Below are positions 10,518 to 20,779 of a stretch of DNA of 64,000 bases, piece after piece (the first letter of the stretch is position 1; each line of letters starts with the position of its first letter). Position numbers and translations under genes: made by a program. Source of the stretch: Alphaproteobacteria bacterium CG1_02_46_17 (GTDB taxonomy: Bacteria > Pseudomonadota > Alphaproteobacteria > Micavibrionales > Micavibrionaceae). The notes beneath the pieces were generated by a model. That model saw only the letters and a list, made by a program, of their open reading frames with translations, ran no database searches and was not told the origin of the DNA. The stretch spans positions 40,752-104,751 of the forward strand of contig MNUG01000019.1 of assembly GCA_001871905.1 (NCBI GenBank), in the 5' to 3' direction.

Positions 10518-11872
10518 TGCATTATCTGGAGATGTTTTTTTATTACGGGATTTTGACGGCTCTGGTTCTTACCATCGTCGTTTTTGTTCATGAAATGGGG
10601 CATTACCTGATGGCTCGTCGGTTTGGGATTAAAGTCGATGCGTTTTCCATCGGCTTTGGTCGTGAGTTGGTAGGGTTTACGGATAAACGCGGGATGCGTT
10701 GGAAAATTTGTTTGTTTCCATTCGGTGGATTCGTTGTTTTGCACGGTGAAAATCCACCATACCAGAATGCAGATCAAATGTTCGAAGCGGCTGAGCGTGA
10801 TGGGGCGTTATGGACACGGCCCAATTGGCAAAGAGCTTTGGTGTCTTTTGGCGGGCCGTTGGCCAACTTTATTTTCACTTTGCTTTTAATGCTGTTTGTC
10901 TTTTCCTTTTGGGGAAAGGGCGTTGTAAGTCCTGTTATTAGTGCTGTAGAAATCGGAGCGGGGGCCGACCGCGCCGGAATAAAAGTTGGTGATGAAATTC
11001 TTTCTATAGATGGTCAGTCTGTTCCGGAGCAATTTGATGATGTGGTGCGGATGACACAGGAAAGCGGCGATGCTCTGGATATAGAAGTAAAGCGCGGCGA
11101 AAATATCCTGGATTTTCATGTGAATCTAATTGTGATGAAAGAAGATGGAGATTTCGGCGAGGATGCCAGTCGTAAAATCATGGGAATTGTACTAGGTAAT
11201 GGGTCATGGTTGCTGGAGGCAGTTAACAGGGTGGATGATATTGAGACGTCCGGACAGCCTGATCTGGCTCGCCAATTGATTGTTGATCGTCTGGGGAGGG
11301 ACATGGTTGTCAATTTTGGTTTGATTAAAAAGCCGGGAGATCTTCAGAAAAACTATCGTCTTCATTTGTCCGAGGATCTCAATCAAGGTTTGTTTGATCC
11401 AAAAAGTGCACAATATGATTCCATTTTTTATGGAGATCACATCAAAATGCAGACCAAAAAGATAGGGGTCGGGCAAAGTGCTGTTGAGAGTCTGATTTTT
11501 TCGTGGAAAGCTATTCGCAAGACAATCGGAGTGATTTACCAGATGGGGGTTGGACGAAAAGATGCTGGCGATCTGGGTGGTGTCGTTAAAATCGGGGAGA
11601 TGACAGGAGGTGCTGCCCGTCAGGTTGATATCTGGGGATATGCCGTTTTGTTGAAATTACTTGCTGTTTTGTCGGTTAATATTGGTTTCCTGAATTTGTT
11701 ACCACTTCCTATGCTGGATGGGGGACATCTGGTTTTTAATTTGTACGAAGCTGTCAGGGGCAAGGCTCCCCATCCTAAAACCAAGGCCTATATTATGGCG
11801 GGAAGCTTGGGATTTGTGTTCGCTTTTGTGATTCTGGTTAATTTCAGGGATATTTTGGAGATATTTTATTGA
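10514..11872 (+). CDS. rseP: RseP-family site-2 zinc metalloprotease (M50), paralog 1
   Basis: 452 aa with HEMGHY (HExxH) in TM1, a PDZ region (AGIKVGDEILSIDG) and the C-terminal NLLPLPMLDGGH motif. Its start overlaps the dnaE stop as ATGA. Confidence 0.85.
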   Translation: MMHYLEMFFYYGILTALVLTIVVFVHEMGHYLMARRFGIKVDAFSIGFGRELVGFTDKRGMRWKICLFPFGGFVVLHGENPPYQNADQMFEAAERDGALWTRPNWQRALVSFGGPLANFIFTLLLMLFVFSFWGKGVVSPVISAVEIGAGADRAGIKVGDEILSIDGQSVPEQFDDVVRMTQESGDALDIEVKRGENILDFHVNLIVMKEDGDFGEDASRKIMGIVLGNGSWLLEAVNRVDDIETSGQPDLARQLIVDRLGRDMVVNFGLIKKPGDLQKNYRLHLSEDLNQGLFDPKSAQYDSIFYGDHIKMQTKKIGVGQSAVESLIFSWKAIRKTIGVIYQMGVGRKDAGDLGGVVKIGEMTGGAARQVDIWGYAVLLKLLAVLSVNIGFLNLLPLPMLDGGHLVFNLYEAVRGKAPHPKTKAYIMAGSLGFVFAFVILVNFRDILEIFY

Positions 11873-11991
11873 ATTTGATTTGATTCCCCTTTGTATTTAT
11901 TTCGTTCTTTCTATATTAACTACAGGTTCGTTTTTTATGTGGTACAATCACTCATCGTCCCACGGTTTGCTTATATACAGGAAAAATTTGT

Positions 11992-13395
11992 ATGGATTCG
12001 TTATTTGAATTGGTTCAGTTGGTTTTAGGTAATATCTGGACTTACGGGGCTACGTTCCTAGCTGTTCTGGGTATTCTCGTGTTTGTCCATGAATGGGGTC
12101 ATTATATCGTTGCCCGCTTATGCGGCGTAAGGGTTGAGGTGTTCTCGATTGGTTTTGGTAAGGAAATCTGGGGCTGGACGGCAAAATCAGGTACCAGATG
12201 GAAAGTCTCGCTGTTCCCTCTCGGCGGCTATGTTAAAATGTTTGGCGATCTTGATCCTGCCAGTGCGGGACATAGCGAAGAAATTGAAGATGGTTCCGGC
12301 CAAGTTCGCGAAATGACGCAAGATGAGCGTTCGGTCGCGTTCTTCTCAAAATCAGTTTGGAAACGTGCATTGATCGTGTTTGCAGGCCCTGCCATCAATT
12401 TCCTTTTTGCAATTGCCATTTTGTCTATCCTCTATATGGCGATTGGCCGCCCGGTGACCCCACCACAAGTGACGGGCGTCGAGATTGGCGGAGCTGCCGA
12501 GAAGGCGGGACTGCTGCCTCAGGATATTATCAAGTCAATTGACGGGCAAAAAATAGTCAGTTTTGACGAGGTGAGGCGCTTTGTAATGTTGCGTTTGGAT
12601 CAGGAAATGATTTTCCAGATTGAACGTGATGGCAATTTGATGGATATTTCCGTAACTCCAATTAAAATGACGGACACAGATCGGTTCGGTTTTGTCCATG
12701 AGCGCGGATATCTTGGGGTTATTGGCCCTGCCAATGGTATTGATATGTCCCATATCTCGGCTGTAAATGGCCAAGATACCAAGGGGAACCTGACTTTGGC
12801 GCATGACCTGATCGCCAAAAATCTGGGTCAGGATATCCGTATCAAGACCTCGATTGATACACATGAATCCGAATTGCTGATTAAGCCACCGGTTGAGATG
12901 AACGAGCAAATCTCCAAGCCGGAGAGTGAATATTATAATGCCCTGTTTTTAGGGGTTCGTCCGGGTAACGAGATTATCAGCTATGGCCCTGTCGGGGCAT
13001 TGGGAGTTGCTATATCCGAGACATGGTCGATCACGACTGAAACCCTTAAAGCTGTTGGACAGATGGTGACTGGAACCCGTAGTGCTAAGGAATTGGGCGG
13101 GATTATCAGGATTGGCGCTATAGCAGGGGATATGGCTCAGCAGGGTTTTATCTCTATTGTGGTTTTTACCGCCCTTTTTTCCATAAATCTTGGCCTTATT
13201 AATCTGTTTCCTATTCCTATGTTGGATGGCGGACATCTATTGTTTTATGGAGTTGAAGCAATCCGCGGCAAGCCGATTTCCGAACGGGTACAAGAGTATG
13301 CTTTCCGTTTCGGGTTGGTGGTCTTGGTCAGTTTGATGGCGTTCTCCAATTTGAACGATGTTCTTCAAATGTTTGTGTTCAAATCCAATTCCTAA
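11992..13395 (+). CDS. rseP: RseP-family site-2 zinc metalloprotease (M50), paralog 2
   Basis: 467 aa with HEWGHY, a PDZ region (AGLLPQDIIKSIDG) and NLFPIPMLDGGH. It has the same architecture as the upstream copy and occupies the canonical position upstream of bamA. Confidence 0.87.
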   Translation: MDSLFELVQLVLGNIWTYGATFLAVLGILVFVHEWGHYIVARLCGVRVEVFSIGFGKEIWGWTAKSGTRWKVSLFPLGGYVKMFGDLDPASAGHSEEIEDGSGQVREMTQDERSVAFFSKSVWKRALIVFAGPAINFLFAIAILSILYMAIGRPVTPPQVTGVEIGGAAEKAGLLPQDIIKSIDGQKIVSFDEVRRFVMLRLDQEMIFQIERDGNLMDISVTPIKMTDTDRFGFVHERGYLGVIGPANGIDMSHISAVNGQDTKGNLTLAHDLIAKNLGQDIRIKTSIDTHESELLIKPPVEMNEQISKPESEYYNALFLGVRPGNEIISYGPVGALGVAISETWSITTETLKAVGQMVTGTRSAKELGGIIRIGAIAGDMAQQGFISIVVFTALFSINLGLINLFPIPMLDGGHLLFYGVEAIRGKPISERVQEYAFRFGLVVLVSLMAFSNLNDVLQMFVFKSNS

Positions 13396-13418
13396 TTCTA
13401 TTAATTTTCTGATGTTAA

Positions 13419-13450
13419 GACCCGACATTGCTTTGTCGGGTCTTTTTCTT
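13419..13450 (+). terminator. rho-independent terminator after rseP paralog 2
   Basis: Perfect 9-bp stem GACCCGACA / TGTCGGGTC (13419-13427 / 13434-13442) with a 6-nt loop, followed by TTTTTCTT. Confidence 0.75.
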
Positions 13451-13565
13451 CATGTGATGGAGTGATAGAATGCGAATCCCTGATAGTTTTGCTTGATTAG
13501 TTGATCTACAGAGGATAGTTTTCTCTGGTTTTACAGTCCCTTACTTTATTCACCGGTGTTCATTT

Positions 13566-15830
13566 ATGCGATCTGGATTTCAAATATATTTTCTTACTAC
13601 TTTGGCTAGCCTGATTTTGGTGACTCCTGCTCTTGCAGGGAGTGTCAAAGATATTCGTGTGGAAGGATCGGAGCGGGTCGAGCCTGCAACCGTCTTGACT
13701 TATATGGGATTGCATAAAGGCGATGAGGTAACTCAAGATGCGTTGGACACCGCGCTGAAGAGCCTGTTTGCCACCGGACTGTTTGCAGATGTGCAGATAT
13801 CGGAAACCGCAGGTGTTGTCACCGTCAAGATCGTCGAGAATCCTGTTATTAATCAGGTGGCGTTCGAAGGTAATGACGAATTGGATGACGAGCAGTTGCT
13901 GGCCGAGATTACCGCGCGTCCGCGTCAGGTTTTCACAAGAACTGCGGCACAAAACGACGTTTCCCGTTTATATGATATTTACCAGCGCAATGGTCGTTTC
14001 TCTGCAGATGTTCAGCCCAAGGTTATCAAGCTGGATCAAAACCGGGTTAATCTTGTTTTTGAAATTCAAGAAGGGCCTTTGACCGAAATCAGCTCAATTC
14101 GCTTTGTTGGGAATGAACGTTTCAGCGATAACGAGTTGCGCACTGTTATCTCTTCCCGTGAGACCCGTTGGTACAATATTTTGTCTTCTGCAGATCGTTA
14201 CGATCAAGATCGTCTGGCATATGACATAGAATTGTTGCGCCAGTTCTACCTGAAGGAAGGATATGCTGATTTCCGTGTGTCGTCTTCTTTGTCCGAACTA
14301 TCACAAGATCGTGAAAATTTTTATGTGACCGTTACGGTGAGTGAGGGTGAACGGTATAAGGTTGGAGATATCCGTGTTAATTCACAATTGAGAAATCTTG
14401 ACCCAGCTGCCCTGATGAAGGATGTCACGTTGAAGAAAGATCAATGGTATGATGCGGAAGAAGTAAAAACCTCGATTGAGGCCATGACAGGTACGCTTGG
14501 GGATATGCAGTATGCTTTCGCTGACGTTGTTCCTGATGTTGTTCGTAATCGTGAGAATAAAACTATTGATCTGGTATTTAATGTTAATGAGAGCCCACGC
14601 GTGTTTGTCGAGCGGATCAATATTGACGGGAATGTCCGTACTCTTGATAAGGTTGTTCGTCGTCAACTTGAATTGGTTGAAGGCGATGCCTTTAATCGCA
14701 GCCTGTTGAACGAGTCCGAAAAAAATATCCGCAATTTGGGATATTTCTCAAAAGTAGATGTCAAACCTACGCCGGGTAGTGCACCGGATAAAACCGTGAT
14801 TGATGTAAGTGTTGAAGAACAATCAACTGGTGAGGTCTCTTTGGGGGCAGGGTTCTCGACCGCTGACGGGCCCTTGGCTGACTTCCATATTAAGGAACGT
14901 AATTTGTTGGGAACCGGTCAAGGTTTGGGATTGTCTGCAACTATTGCCGGAGCCAGAACCGAGTTCGATGTTTCATGGACAGAGCCATATTTCCTTGATC
15001 GTGATTTGTTGATTGGTGTTAATGCTTTCCACACAACACGCGACCAGCAGGATCAGAGTTCGTTCGATCAGCGCCGCACAGGAACCTCGGTTAATCTCGG
15101 CTACCCGTTGTCGAAAAGATGGCGTCAATCGTGGGGATACCGTATTGAAAGTAACGAGATTACTAATGTTGATGCTGATGCATCCAGATTTGTGAAGGAT
15201 CAGGAGGGCGACCGGATTACATCTGCTATCTCCCAACGTCTGACTTATTCGGATTTGGATAGCCGTTTGTATCCAACCGATGGATTTACCAGCTGGTTGG
15301 ATTTGGAAGCGGCAGGTCTTGGTGGCGATGCCCAGTATATATCAGGGAAGCTCGGTGGTTCTTACTATGTGCCAATTGCGAAAAACTGGGTCTTCAATGC
15401 CTTGGGTGAAACTGGCATGATTAGCGGTTATGGTGATAGCGATATTCAAATTAACGAACGGTATTTCCTTGGTGGAAATACTTTCCGGGGGTTTGAAAAA
15501 TACGGAGTTGGGCCTCGTGATTTGACAACTGACGATTCTCTTGGTGGAAAACAATTCTATCGTGGTACGGCAGAGTTGACTTTCCCGCTTGGACTTCCAG
15601 ATGATTTGGGTGTTTCAGGGCATGCCTTTACCGATGTCGGCTCCTTGTGGGGACTTGATGAAAGTGGGACTGATATTGTGGATGAAACGGCTCTTCGTGG
15701 GGCTGCCGGTGTTGGCGTAACATGGATTTCCCCGATGGGCCCGGTGCGTGTTGACTTGTCCAAGCCATATCTGAAAAAGGACTATGATGTTGAGCAAGTC
15801 TTCCGGTTTAGTTTCGGAACGCGGTTCTAG
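13566..15830 (+). CDS. bamA: outer membrane protein assembly factor BamA
   Basis: 754 aa with a signal peptide, POTRA repeats (IRVEGSERV..., FEGN...), a C-terminal Omp85 beta-barrel and a terminal aromatic residue (FGTRF). Confidence 0.95.
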   Translation: MRSGFQIYFLTTLASLILVTPALAGSVKDIRVEGSERVEPATVLTYMGLHKGDEVTQDALDTALKSLFATGLFADVQISETAGVVTVKIVENPVINQVAFEGNDELDDEQLLAEITARPRQVFTRTAAQNDVSRLYDIYQRNGRFSADVQPKVIKLDQNRVNLVFEIQEGPLTEISSIRFVGNERFSDNELRTVISSRETRWYNILSSADRYDQDRLAYDIELLRQFYLKEGYADFRVSSSLSELSQDRENFYVTVTVSEGERYKVGDIRVNSQLRNLDPAALMKDVTLKKDQWYDAEEVKTSIEAMTGTLGDMQYAFADVVPDVVRNRENKTIDLVFNVNESPRVFVERINIDGNVRTLDKVVRRQLELVEGDAFNRSLLNESEKNIRNLGYFSKVDVKPTPGSAPDKTVIDVSVEEQSTGEVSLGAGFSTADGPLADFHIKERNLLGTGQGLGLSATIAGARTEFDVSWTEPYFLDRDLLIGVNAFHTTRDQQDQSSFDQRRTGTSVNLGYPLSKRWRQSWGYRIESNEITNVDADASRFVKDQEGDRITSAISQRLTYSDLDSRLYPTDGFTSWLDLEAAGLGGDAQYISGKLGGSYYVPIAKNWVFNALGETGMISGYGDSDIQINERYFLGGNTFRGFEKYGVGPRDLTTDDSLGGKQFYRGTAELTFPLGLPDDLGVSGHAFTDVGSLWGLDESGTDIVDETALRGAAGVGVTWISPMGPVRVDLSKPYLKKDYDVEQVFRFSFGTRF

Positions 15831-15862
15831 TTTTTTAGTGTATTAAAATAGTGAGGTTTATT

Positions 15863-16405
15863 GTGAATTACAAATTCGCCGTTTTGGCGTTATCTCTGGT
15901 TATCCTTTTTGCGGCGGCTCCGGCTTTTGCTGCTGACACAGGGGATTCCAATATTGCTGTTCTTGATTTGGAAATGGTTGTTCAGAAATCCGAGGCTGGT
16001 AAATCAGTTCAGGCTGCTATTGAAAAGCGTGAGCAGGCAATGGTTGCGGATGCCAATGGCTTTAAGAAGGTGCTGCGCGAAAAAGAGCTGAAGCTGATTA
16101 ATGATCGTAAGGCGGGTCAAGATGATAAAGCTTTTGAAGAAGCAAAGAAAACTTTCGAGGCTGAAATTAATAAGTCCCAAAAGGCAATGATTGAGAAGAA
16201 CGCTTCTCTTGAAAAAAGCAAGCTTGCAGCACTTAAAGATATTCAAAGCAGAATTGCTAAAATCAGTGCCGATGTTGCAGACGAGCGTAAGTTACAGATT
16301 ATTGTTGATCGCAAATTTGTTGTAATTGCCGAACAAAAACTCGATATTACTGACGAGGTCCTCAAGCGTTTGAATGCGTCGATCACGTCAATTCCGTTAA
16401 AATAA
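15863..16405 (+). CDS. skp: OmpH/Skp family periplasmic chaperone
   Basis: Signal peptide MNYKFAVLALSLVILFAAAPAFA followed by a Lys/Glu-rich coiled-coil body. It holds the canonical position between bamA and lpxD. I chose the GTG at 15863 because a GAGG Shine-Dalgarno lies 6 nt upstream; the ORF track starts at 15851. Confidence 0.8.
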   Translation: MNYKFAVLALSLVILFAAAPAFAADTGDSNIAVLDLEMVVQKSEAGKSVQAAIEKREQAMVADANGFKKVLREKELKLINDRKAGQDDKAFEEAKKTFEAEINKSQKAMIEKNASLEKSKLAALKDIQSRIAKISADVADERKLQIIVDRKFVVIAEQKLDITDEVLKRLNASITSIPLK

Positions 16406-16428
16406 TAAAAAGACCATTGGATATTTGA

Positions 16429-17457
16429 ATGGCTGATCCGCGTTTTTTTCTAAAACCACATCCTTTAACTTTGGCTCAGATTGCGGGGCGCATCGGGGCT
16501 GAGTTGCGTGCGCCGGAGGATGGAGAATATCTTGTTCATGATGTTGCCGCGCTGGATATTGCCGGAGACGCACAGCTATCTTTTCTTGATAACAAAAAAT
16601 ACAAAGACCAATTCACCCAGACGAAGGCTGCTGCTTGTATTGTGCATCCGGATATGGTCGGTTATGCTCCGGAAAATGTTCGGCTTCTTTTGTCTTCATC
16701 TCCTTATAAGGCCTATGCTTTGGCGGCTCAGGCTTTTTATCCCGTGCAACGGCCTGAACCCTCAATTTCTAAATTTTCCACTATTCATCCGGATGCCAAA
16801 ATCGGACAGGATGTTTTTATTGGTGATTTTGTAACTGTTGGGGCCAATGTTGAGATTGGTAACGGAGTATGGATCGAGAGCCATGTTGCAGTTGGTTCGG
16901 GCGTGATTTTGGGTGATGGAGTCCGGATTGGTAATCACGCTACCTTGTCCCATTGTGTTATTGGTAACGGGACGCGCATTTATCCGGGAGTTAGAATTGG
17001 ACAAGATGGTTTTGGATTTGCGATTGACCCGAGTGGCTTTGTAAAGGTTCCGCAGTTAGGGCGCGTTATGATTGGCGATCATGTCGAGATCGGAGCCAAT
17101 ACCACGATTGATCGCGGAGCCTCTGGGGATACGGTGATCGGGTCTGGAAGCTGGATCGATAATCTGGTTCAGATTGGTCATAATGTTAAAATTGGACGTG
17201 GGTGCATTCTGGTGGCTCAGGTTGGTGTTGCTGGAAGTACGGAGTTGGGAGATTTCGTTGTTCTCGCGGGACAGGTCGGCGTTGCCGGACATTTGAAAAT
17301 AGGGTCGATGGCCAAGGTCGCGGCACAGTCTGGTGTGACAAAAGACATTCCTGCACGCGAAGAATGGATGGGGTATCCTGCGATGCCAATGAAGCGTTAT
17401 TTGCGCCAGTCCGTGTATTTGAGCAAAGTGATTGATAAGAGAAGAGAAGGGCAATAA
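16429..17457 (+). CDS. lpxD: UDP-3-O-acylglucosamine N-acyltransferase
   Basis: 342 aa with an N-terminal LpxD domain and long hexapeptide (left-handed beta-helix) repeats. It sits in the lpxD-fabZ-lpxA synteny block. Confidence 0.94.
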   Translation: MADPRFFLKPHPLTLAQIAGRIGAELRAPEDGEYLVHDVAALDIAGDAQLSFLDNKKYKDQFTQTKAAACIVHPDMVGYAPENVRLLLSSSPYKAYALAAQAFYPVQRPEPSISKFSTIHPDAKIGQDVFIGDFVTVGANVEIGNGVWIESHVAVGSGVILGDGVRIGNHATLSHCVIGNGTRIYPGVRIGQDGFGFAIDPSGFVKVPQLGRVMIGDHVEIGANTTIDRGASGDTVIGSGSWIDNLVQIGHNVKIGRGCILVAQVGVAGSTELGDFVVLAGQVGVAGHLKIGSMAKVAAQSGVTKDIPAREEWMGYPAMPMKRYLRQSVYLSKVIDKRREGQ

Positions 17458-17459
17458 AA

Positions 17460-17915
17460 GTGACACAAGAGATCATTGATATCCGCGGTATTATGAACAA
17501 AATACCTCACCGCTATCCGTTGTTGCTGGTGGATCGTATTCTGTCTTTCGAACAAGGGAAGAGGGCTACAGGCCTTAAAAATGTTACGATCAATGAACCT
17601 TTTTTTCAGGGGCATTTTCCTGGGGCTCCGGTTATGCCGGGTGTTTTGATCGTTGAGTCAATGGCTCAGACTGCCGGAGTTCTGGTGGTGCATACCATGG
17701 GTGTCGAAGGCGAAGGCAAACTGGTTTATTTCATGACCATTGATAATGCCAAGTTTCGTAAGCCGGTGACGCCGGGCGATTCTCTTCATATCCATGTTGA
17801 GGTTTTGAAATCACGCGGCCCTGTGTGGAAGTTCAAAGGGGAGGCCATGGTTGACGGTCAGCTTTGTGCGGAGGCCGAGTTTTCGGCTATGATTATTGAT
17901 CCGGAAACCGTGTAA
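17460..17915 (+). CDS. fabZ: 3-hydroxyacyl-ACP dehydratase FabZ
   Basis: 151 aa with a GTG start. It carries the [13 protein letters not shown]-type motif and [16 protein letters not shown]. Confidence 0.95.
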   Translation: MTQEIIDIRGIMNKIPHRYPLLLVDRILSFEQGKRATGLKNVTINEPFFQGHFPGAPVMPGVLIVESMAQTAGVLVVHTMGVEGEGKLVYFMTIDNAKFRKPVTPGDSLHIHVEVLKSRGPVWKFKGEAMVDGQLCAEAEFSAMIIDPETV

Positions 17916-17971
17916 CATCCGGAAAAATTCTGTGATTTGCCATTAACCCCATGATGGGTCATGTATAAAGA

Positions 17972-18772
17972 ATGAGTACTCAAATACACCCTACCGCTGT
18001 TGTTGATCCTAATGCCAAATTGGGCACCGATGTCGTAATCGGCCCATATTCTATTGTTGGCGCGCATGTTTGTCTTGGAGATCGGGTCGAGTTGAAGTCC
18101 CATGTGGTTGTTGAGGGACGCACGACGGTTGGCGAGGATAGTGTTATTTATCCTTTTGCATCGATCGGTCATGCTCCGCAAGATTTGAAATATCACGGTG
18201 AGCCGTCTGAACTGATTATTGGATATCATAATACGATCCGCGAACATTGCACCATGAATCCGGGAACGGAAACAGGCGCCATGAAAACGGTGGTTGGTAA
18301 TCATGGGTTGTTTATGATGAGTACCCATGTCGCGCATGATTGTGTGATTGGCGACCATGTCATCATGGCGAATAATGCAACGCTGGGCGGTCATGTGGTT
18401 GTCGGCAATCATGTTTTGATTGGTGGGCTGGCTGCAGTTCATCAATTTATTCGCATTGGTGATTTTGCCGTGATCGGTGGAATGTCTGGTGTTGAAAGTG
18501 ACGTTATCCCTTATGGACGGGTTAAAGGCGAGCGGGCGTCTTTGGCCGGATTAAATATTGTCGGTCTGGAACGTAATGGATTTGACAAAGATGCAATTCG
18601 TAATCTGCAACGGGCTTTCAATGAGTTGTTCGGCGACGAAGGAACCATGGAACAGCGGATTGATATGGTTGCTAATGATTTCTCGGAAGCAGATGCGGTC
18701 ATGCAAATCATTGAATTTGCCCGCAACAAAGGACGGTTTCCTTTATGTGCGCCAGCCAGAAAGTCGGCATAA
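17972..18772 (+). CDS. lpxA: acyl-ACP--UDP-N-acetylglucosamine O-acyltransferase
   Basis: 266 aa. It begins IHPTAVVDP, continues with hexapeptide repeats and has the C-terminal helical domain typical of LpxA. Confidence 0.95.
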   Translation: MSTQIHPTAVVDPNAKLGTDVVIGPYSIVGAHVCLGDRVELKSHVVVEGRTTVGEDSVIYPFASIGHAPQDLKYHGEPSELIIGYHNTIREHCTMNPGTETGAMKTVVGNHGLFMMSTHVAHDCVIGDHVIMANNATLGGHVVVGNHVLIGGLAAVHQFIRIGDFAVIGGMSGVESDVIPYGRVKGERASLAGLNIVGLERNGFDKDAIRNLQRAFNELFGDEGTMEQRIDMVANDFSEADAVMQIIEFARNKGRFPLCAPARKSA

Positions 18773-19533
18773 TCGCAGGGGGCGGTGACCTGCCCGCGCG
18801 ATTGGGGGAAGCTCTTTCTCATCAGGGTTATGAACCAGTTATCGGTCGATTGGGAGCGGATTTCTCTGTTGGTCAGGCTGGTAAAATCATTTCTTTTTTC
18901 AAATCACAACATGTATCGCGTCTGGTTTTGGTCGGAAGTTTGTCGCGTCCCAATTGGTGGACGGTGCGGGCAGATTTCCGTGGCTTAAAGATTATTTCCA
19001 AACTTATTCTTAAATCGGTTGGAGATGATGCGCTGTTGAAGGTTATTCGTCGTGAACTGGAATCCGAAGGGTTTGAAATTTGCGGAGTCCATGAATTTAT
19101 GCCTGAACTTCTTTGCCCTGCAGGTGTTCTGGGAAGTTTTCAACCGGACAAAAATGCAGAACAAGCGATTGTCCATGGCATTCGTGCAGCAAAACAACAT
19201 GGACAGGATGATCTGGGGCAAGCGGTCGTTGTTGATGCGCGGTCTGGCAAAGTGATTGCGAAAGAAACTTGTTCGGGGACGGATGCCTTGATCCGGTCAG
19301 TCCGCGAGTCCGATGTCCCCAAAATTCTGGTTAAGATGAGTAAACCGCAACAGGATATGGCGCTGGATATGCCAACGATCGGAACGCGAACGATTGAAGA
19401 AGCCAGAAAATCCGGATTTATTGGCATTGTTGCCGAGGCTGGGGCTACTCTTGTTCCCGAGCAGGATAAAATTATTGATCTGTGTAATCGTTATGAAATA
19501 TTTTTCAAAGGAGTGAGCGCAGATGACATTTAA
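18745..19533 (+). CDS. lpxI: UDP-2,3-diacylglucosamine pyrophosphatase LpxI (DUF1009)
   Basis: 262 aa with the GIIAGGGDLP N-terminus and the DMPTIG motif. It lies between lpxA and lpxB, as in alphaproteobacteria that lack lpxH. Confidence 0.8.
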   Translation: MCASQKVGIIAGGGDLPARLGEALSHQGYEPVIGRLGADFSVGQAGKIISFFKSQHVSRLVLVGSLSRPNWWTVRADFRGLKIISKLILKSVGDDALLKVIRRELESEGFEICGVHEFMPELLCPAGVLGSFQPDKNAEQAIVHGIRAAKQHGQDDLGQAVVVDARSGKVIAKETCSGTDALIRSVRESDVPKILVKMSKPQQDMALDMPTIGTRTIEEARKSGFIGIVAEAGATLVPEQDKIIDLCNRYEIFFKGVSADDI

Positions 19534-20686
19534 GGTCTTTATCATTGTAGGGGAAAGCTCTGGCGATGTGCTGGGAGCCTCCTTGATTGAAGCATTGCGC
19601 GTGCAACGTCCTGATCTGGAATTACGCGGAATTGGTGGGCCGCAGATGTTGGCTGCAGGATTAAAAAAAAGTTTCTTTCCAATGGAGGAGCTTTCTATTA
19701 TGGGGATTGCCGAAATATTACCCCGTATTCCAAAATTTATCGGATTAATTCACAAAACAGTTGCAGCGATCCGCGGGTTTAATCCGGATGTCGTCGTGAC
19801 GATTGATAGTCCTGACTTTTCTTTTCGCGTGCAAAAGAAAGTCAGGGAAGAAAATATTAGAGCCCGTCAAATTCATTATGTTGCGCCGACTGTCTGGGCA
19901 TGGCGTCCGGGACGCGCACAAAAGATTTCACAGTTTCTTGATGGCTTGATCTGTTTGTTTCCGTTTGAGCCCCCATATTTTGAACGGGAAGGGTTGCAAG
20001 CCATTTCAGTTGGGCATCCCATGGTGACATCAGGTTTGTTAGAAGGGGACGGAAAAATCTTCCGGCAGAAATATAATTTTTCACCTGATCGTAAACTCGT
20101 TGGGTTGCTGTGCGGATCGCGTGGTTCGGAACTGGATATGAGTTTGCCAATTATGCGCGAGATAATCGTCTTGCTTCGCGATAAGTGTCCGGATACCGCT
20201 TTTATAGTTCCAACTTTACCGAAATGGCATGATCAGTTGACCTCTTTTTTTGAAGATGTTCCCGATGTGGTTGTGACCAGTGTTTCTGATGAAAAGTATC
20301 ATGCTTTTCGCGCCTGTGATGCAGCGGCTGTGGTTTCGGGGACTGCAGCCTTGGAAATCGCTCTGGCTGGAGTTCCCCATGTTTTGTTTTATAAGATGAA
20401 TAAAATGACTTGGGAAATTGTCCGGCGGTTGGTCAAAAGCAAGTATGCCCATTTGGGAAATATTTTGTTAAACCGGAAAGAATATCAGGAATTCCTTCAG
20501 GATGATGTCAATGTCGAAACCATTGTTGATCGGTTGCAGGTAATGCTATCGGATCCGGAACGGACGGTTAGTGCGCGGCGACTTTCTGGTGAATTGAAAG
20601 ATTTGCTGTCTCCAAACCCCAATGAAGAAGCCAGTGAACAGGCCGCTCGATTTATAGTCTTTCCAAATATTATCTCCAGATCATAG
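19523..20686 (+). CDS. lpxB: lipid-A-disaccharide synthase
   Basis: 387 aa with the N-terminus GESSGDVLGASLIEAL, a GT-B fold pattern and conserved synteny. Confidence 0.93.
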   Translation: MTFKVFIIVGESSGDVLGASLIEALRVQRPDLELRGIGGPQMLAAGLKKSFFPMEELSIMGIAEILPRIPKFIGLIHKTVAAIRGFNPDVVVTIDSPDFSFRVQKKVREENIRARQIHYVAPTVWAWRPGRAQKISQFLDGLICLFPFEPPYFEREGLQAISVGHPMVTSGLLEGDGKIFRQKYNFSPDRKLVGLLCGSRGSELDMSLPIMREIIVLLRDKCPDTAFIVPTLPKWHDQLTSFFEDVPDVVVTSVSDEKYHAFRACDAAAVVSGTAALEIALAGVPHVLFYKMNKMTWEIVRRLVKSKYAHLGNILLNRKEYQEFLQDDVNVETIVDRLQVMLSDPERTVSARRLSGELKDLLSPNPNEEASEQAARFIVFPNIISRS

Positions 20687-20688
20687 AG

Positions 20689-20720
20689 AAGGCTGCTCTT
20701 TTGGGAAAGAGCAGCCTTTT
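20689..20720 (+). terminator. rho-independent terminator after lpxB (may also serve the convergent EF-hand gene)
   Basis: 13-bp perfect stem AAGGCTGCTCTTT / AAAGAGCAGCCTT with a TGGG loop, starting 3 nt after the lpxB TAG stop. The U-tract is short (TTTT, partly within the stem). Confidence 0.65.
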
Positions 20721-20779
20721 ACTTCGTTATGTGTATTGCAGCAGTCGGGGTAAGGGTTTGGCTGTGTGTTGCCTAGGGA

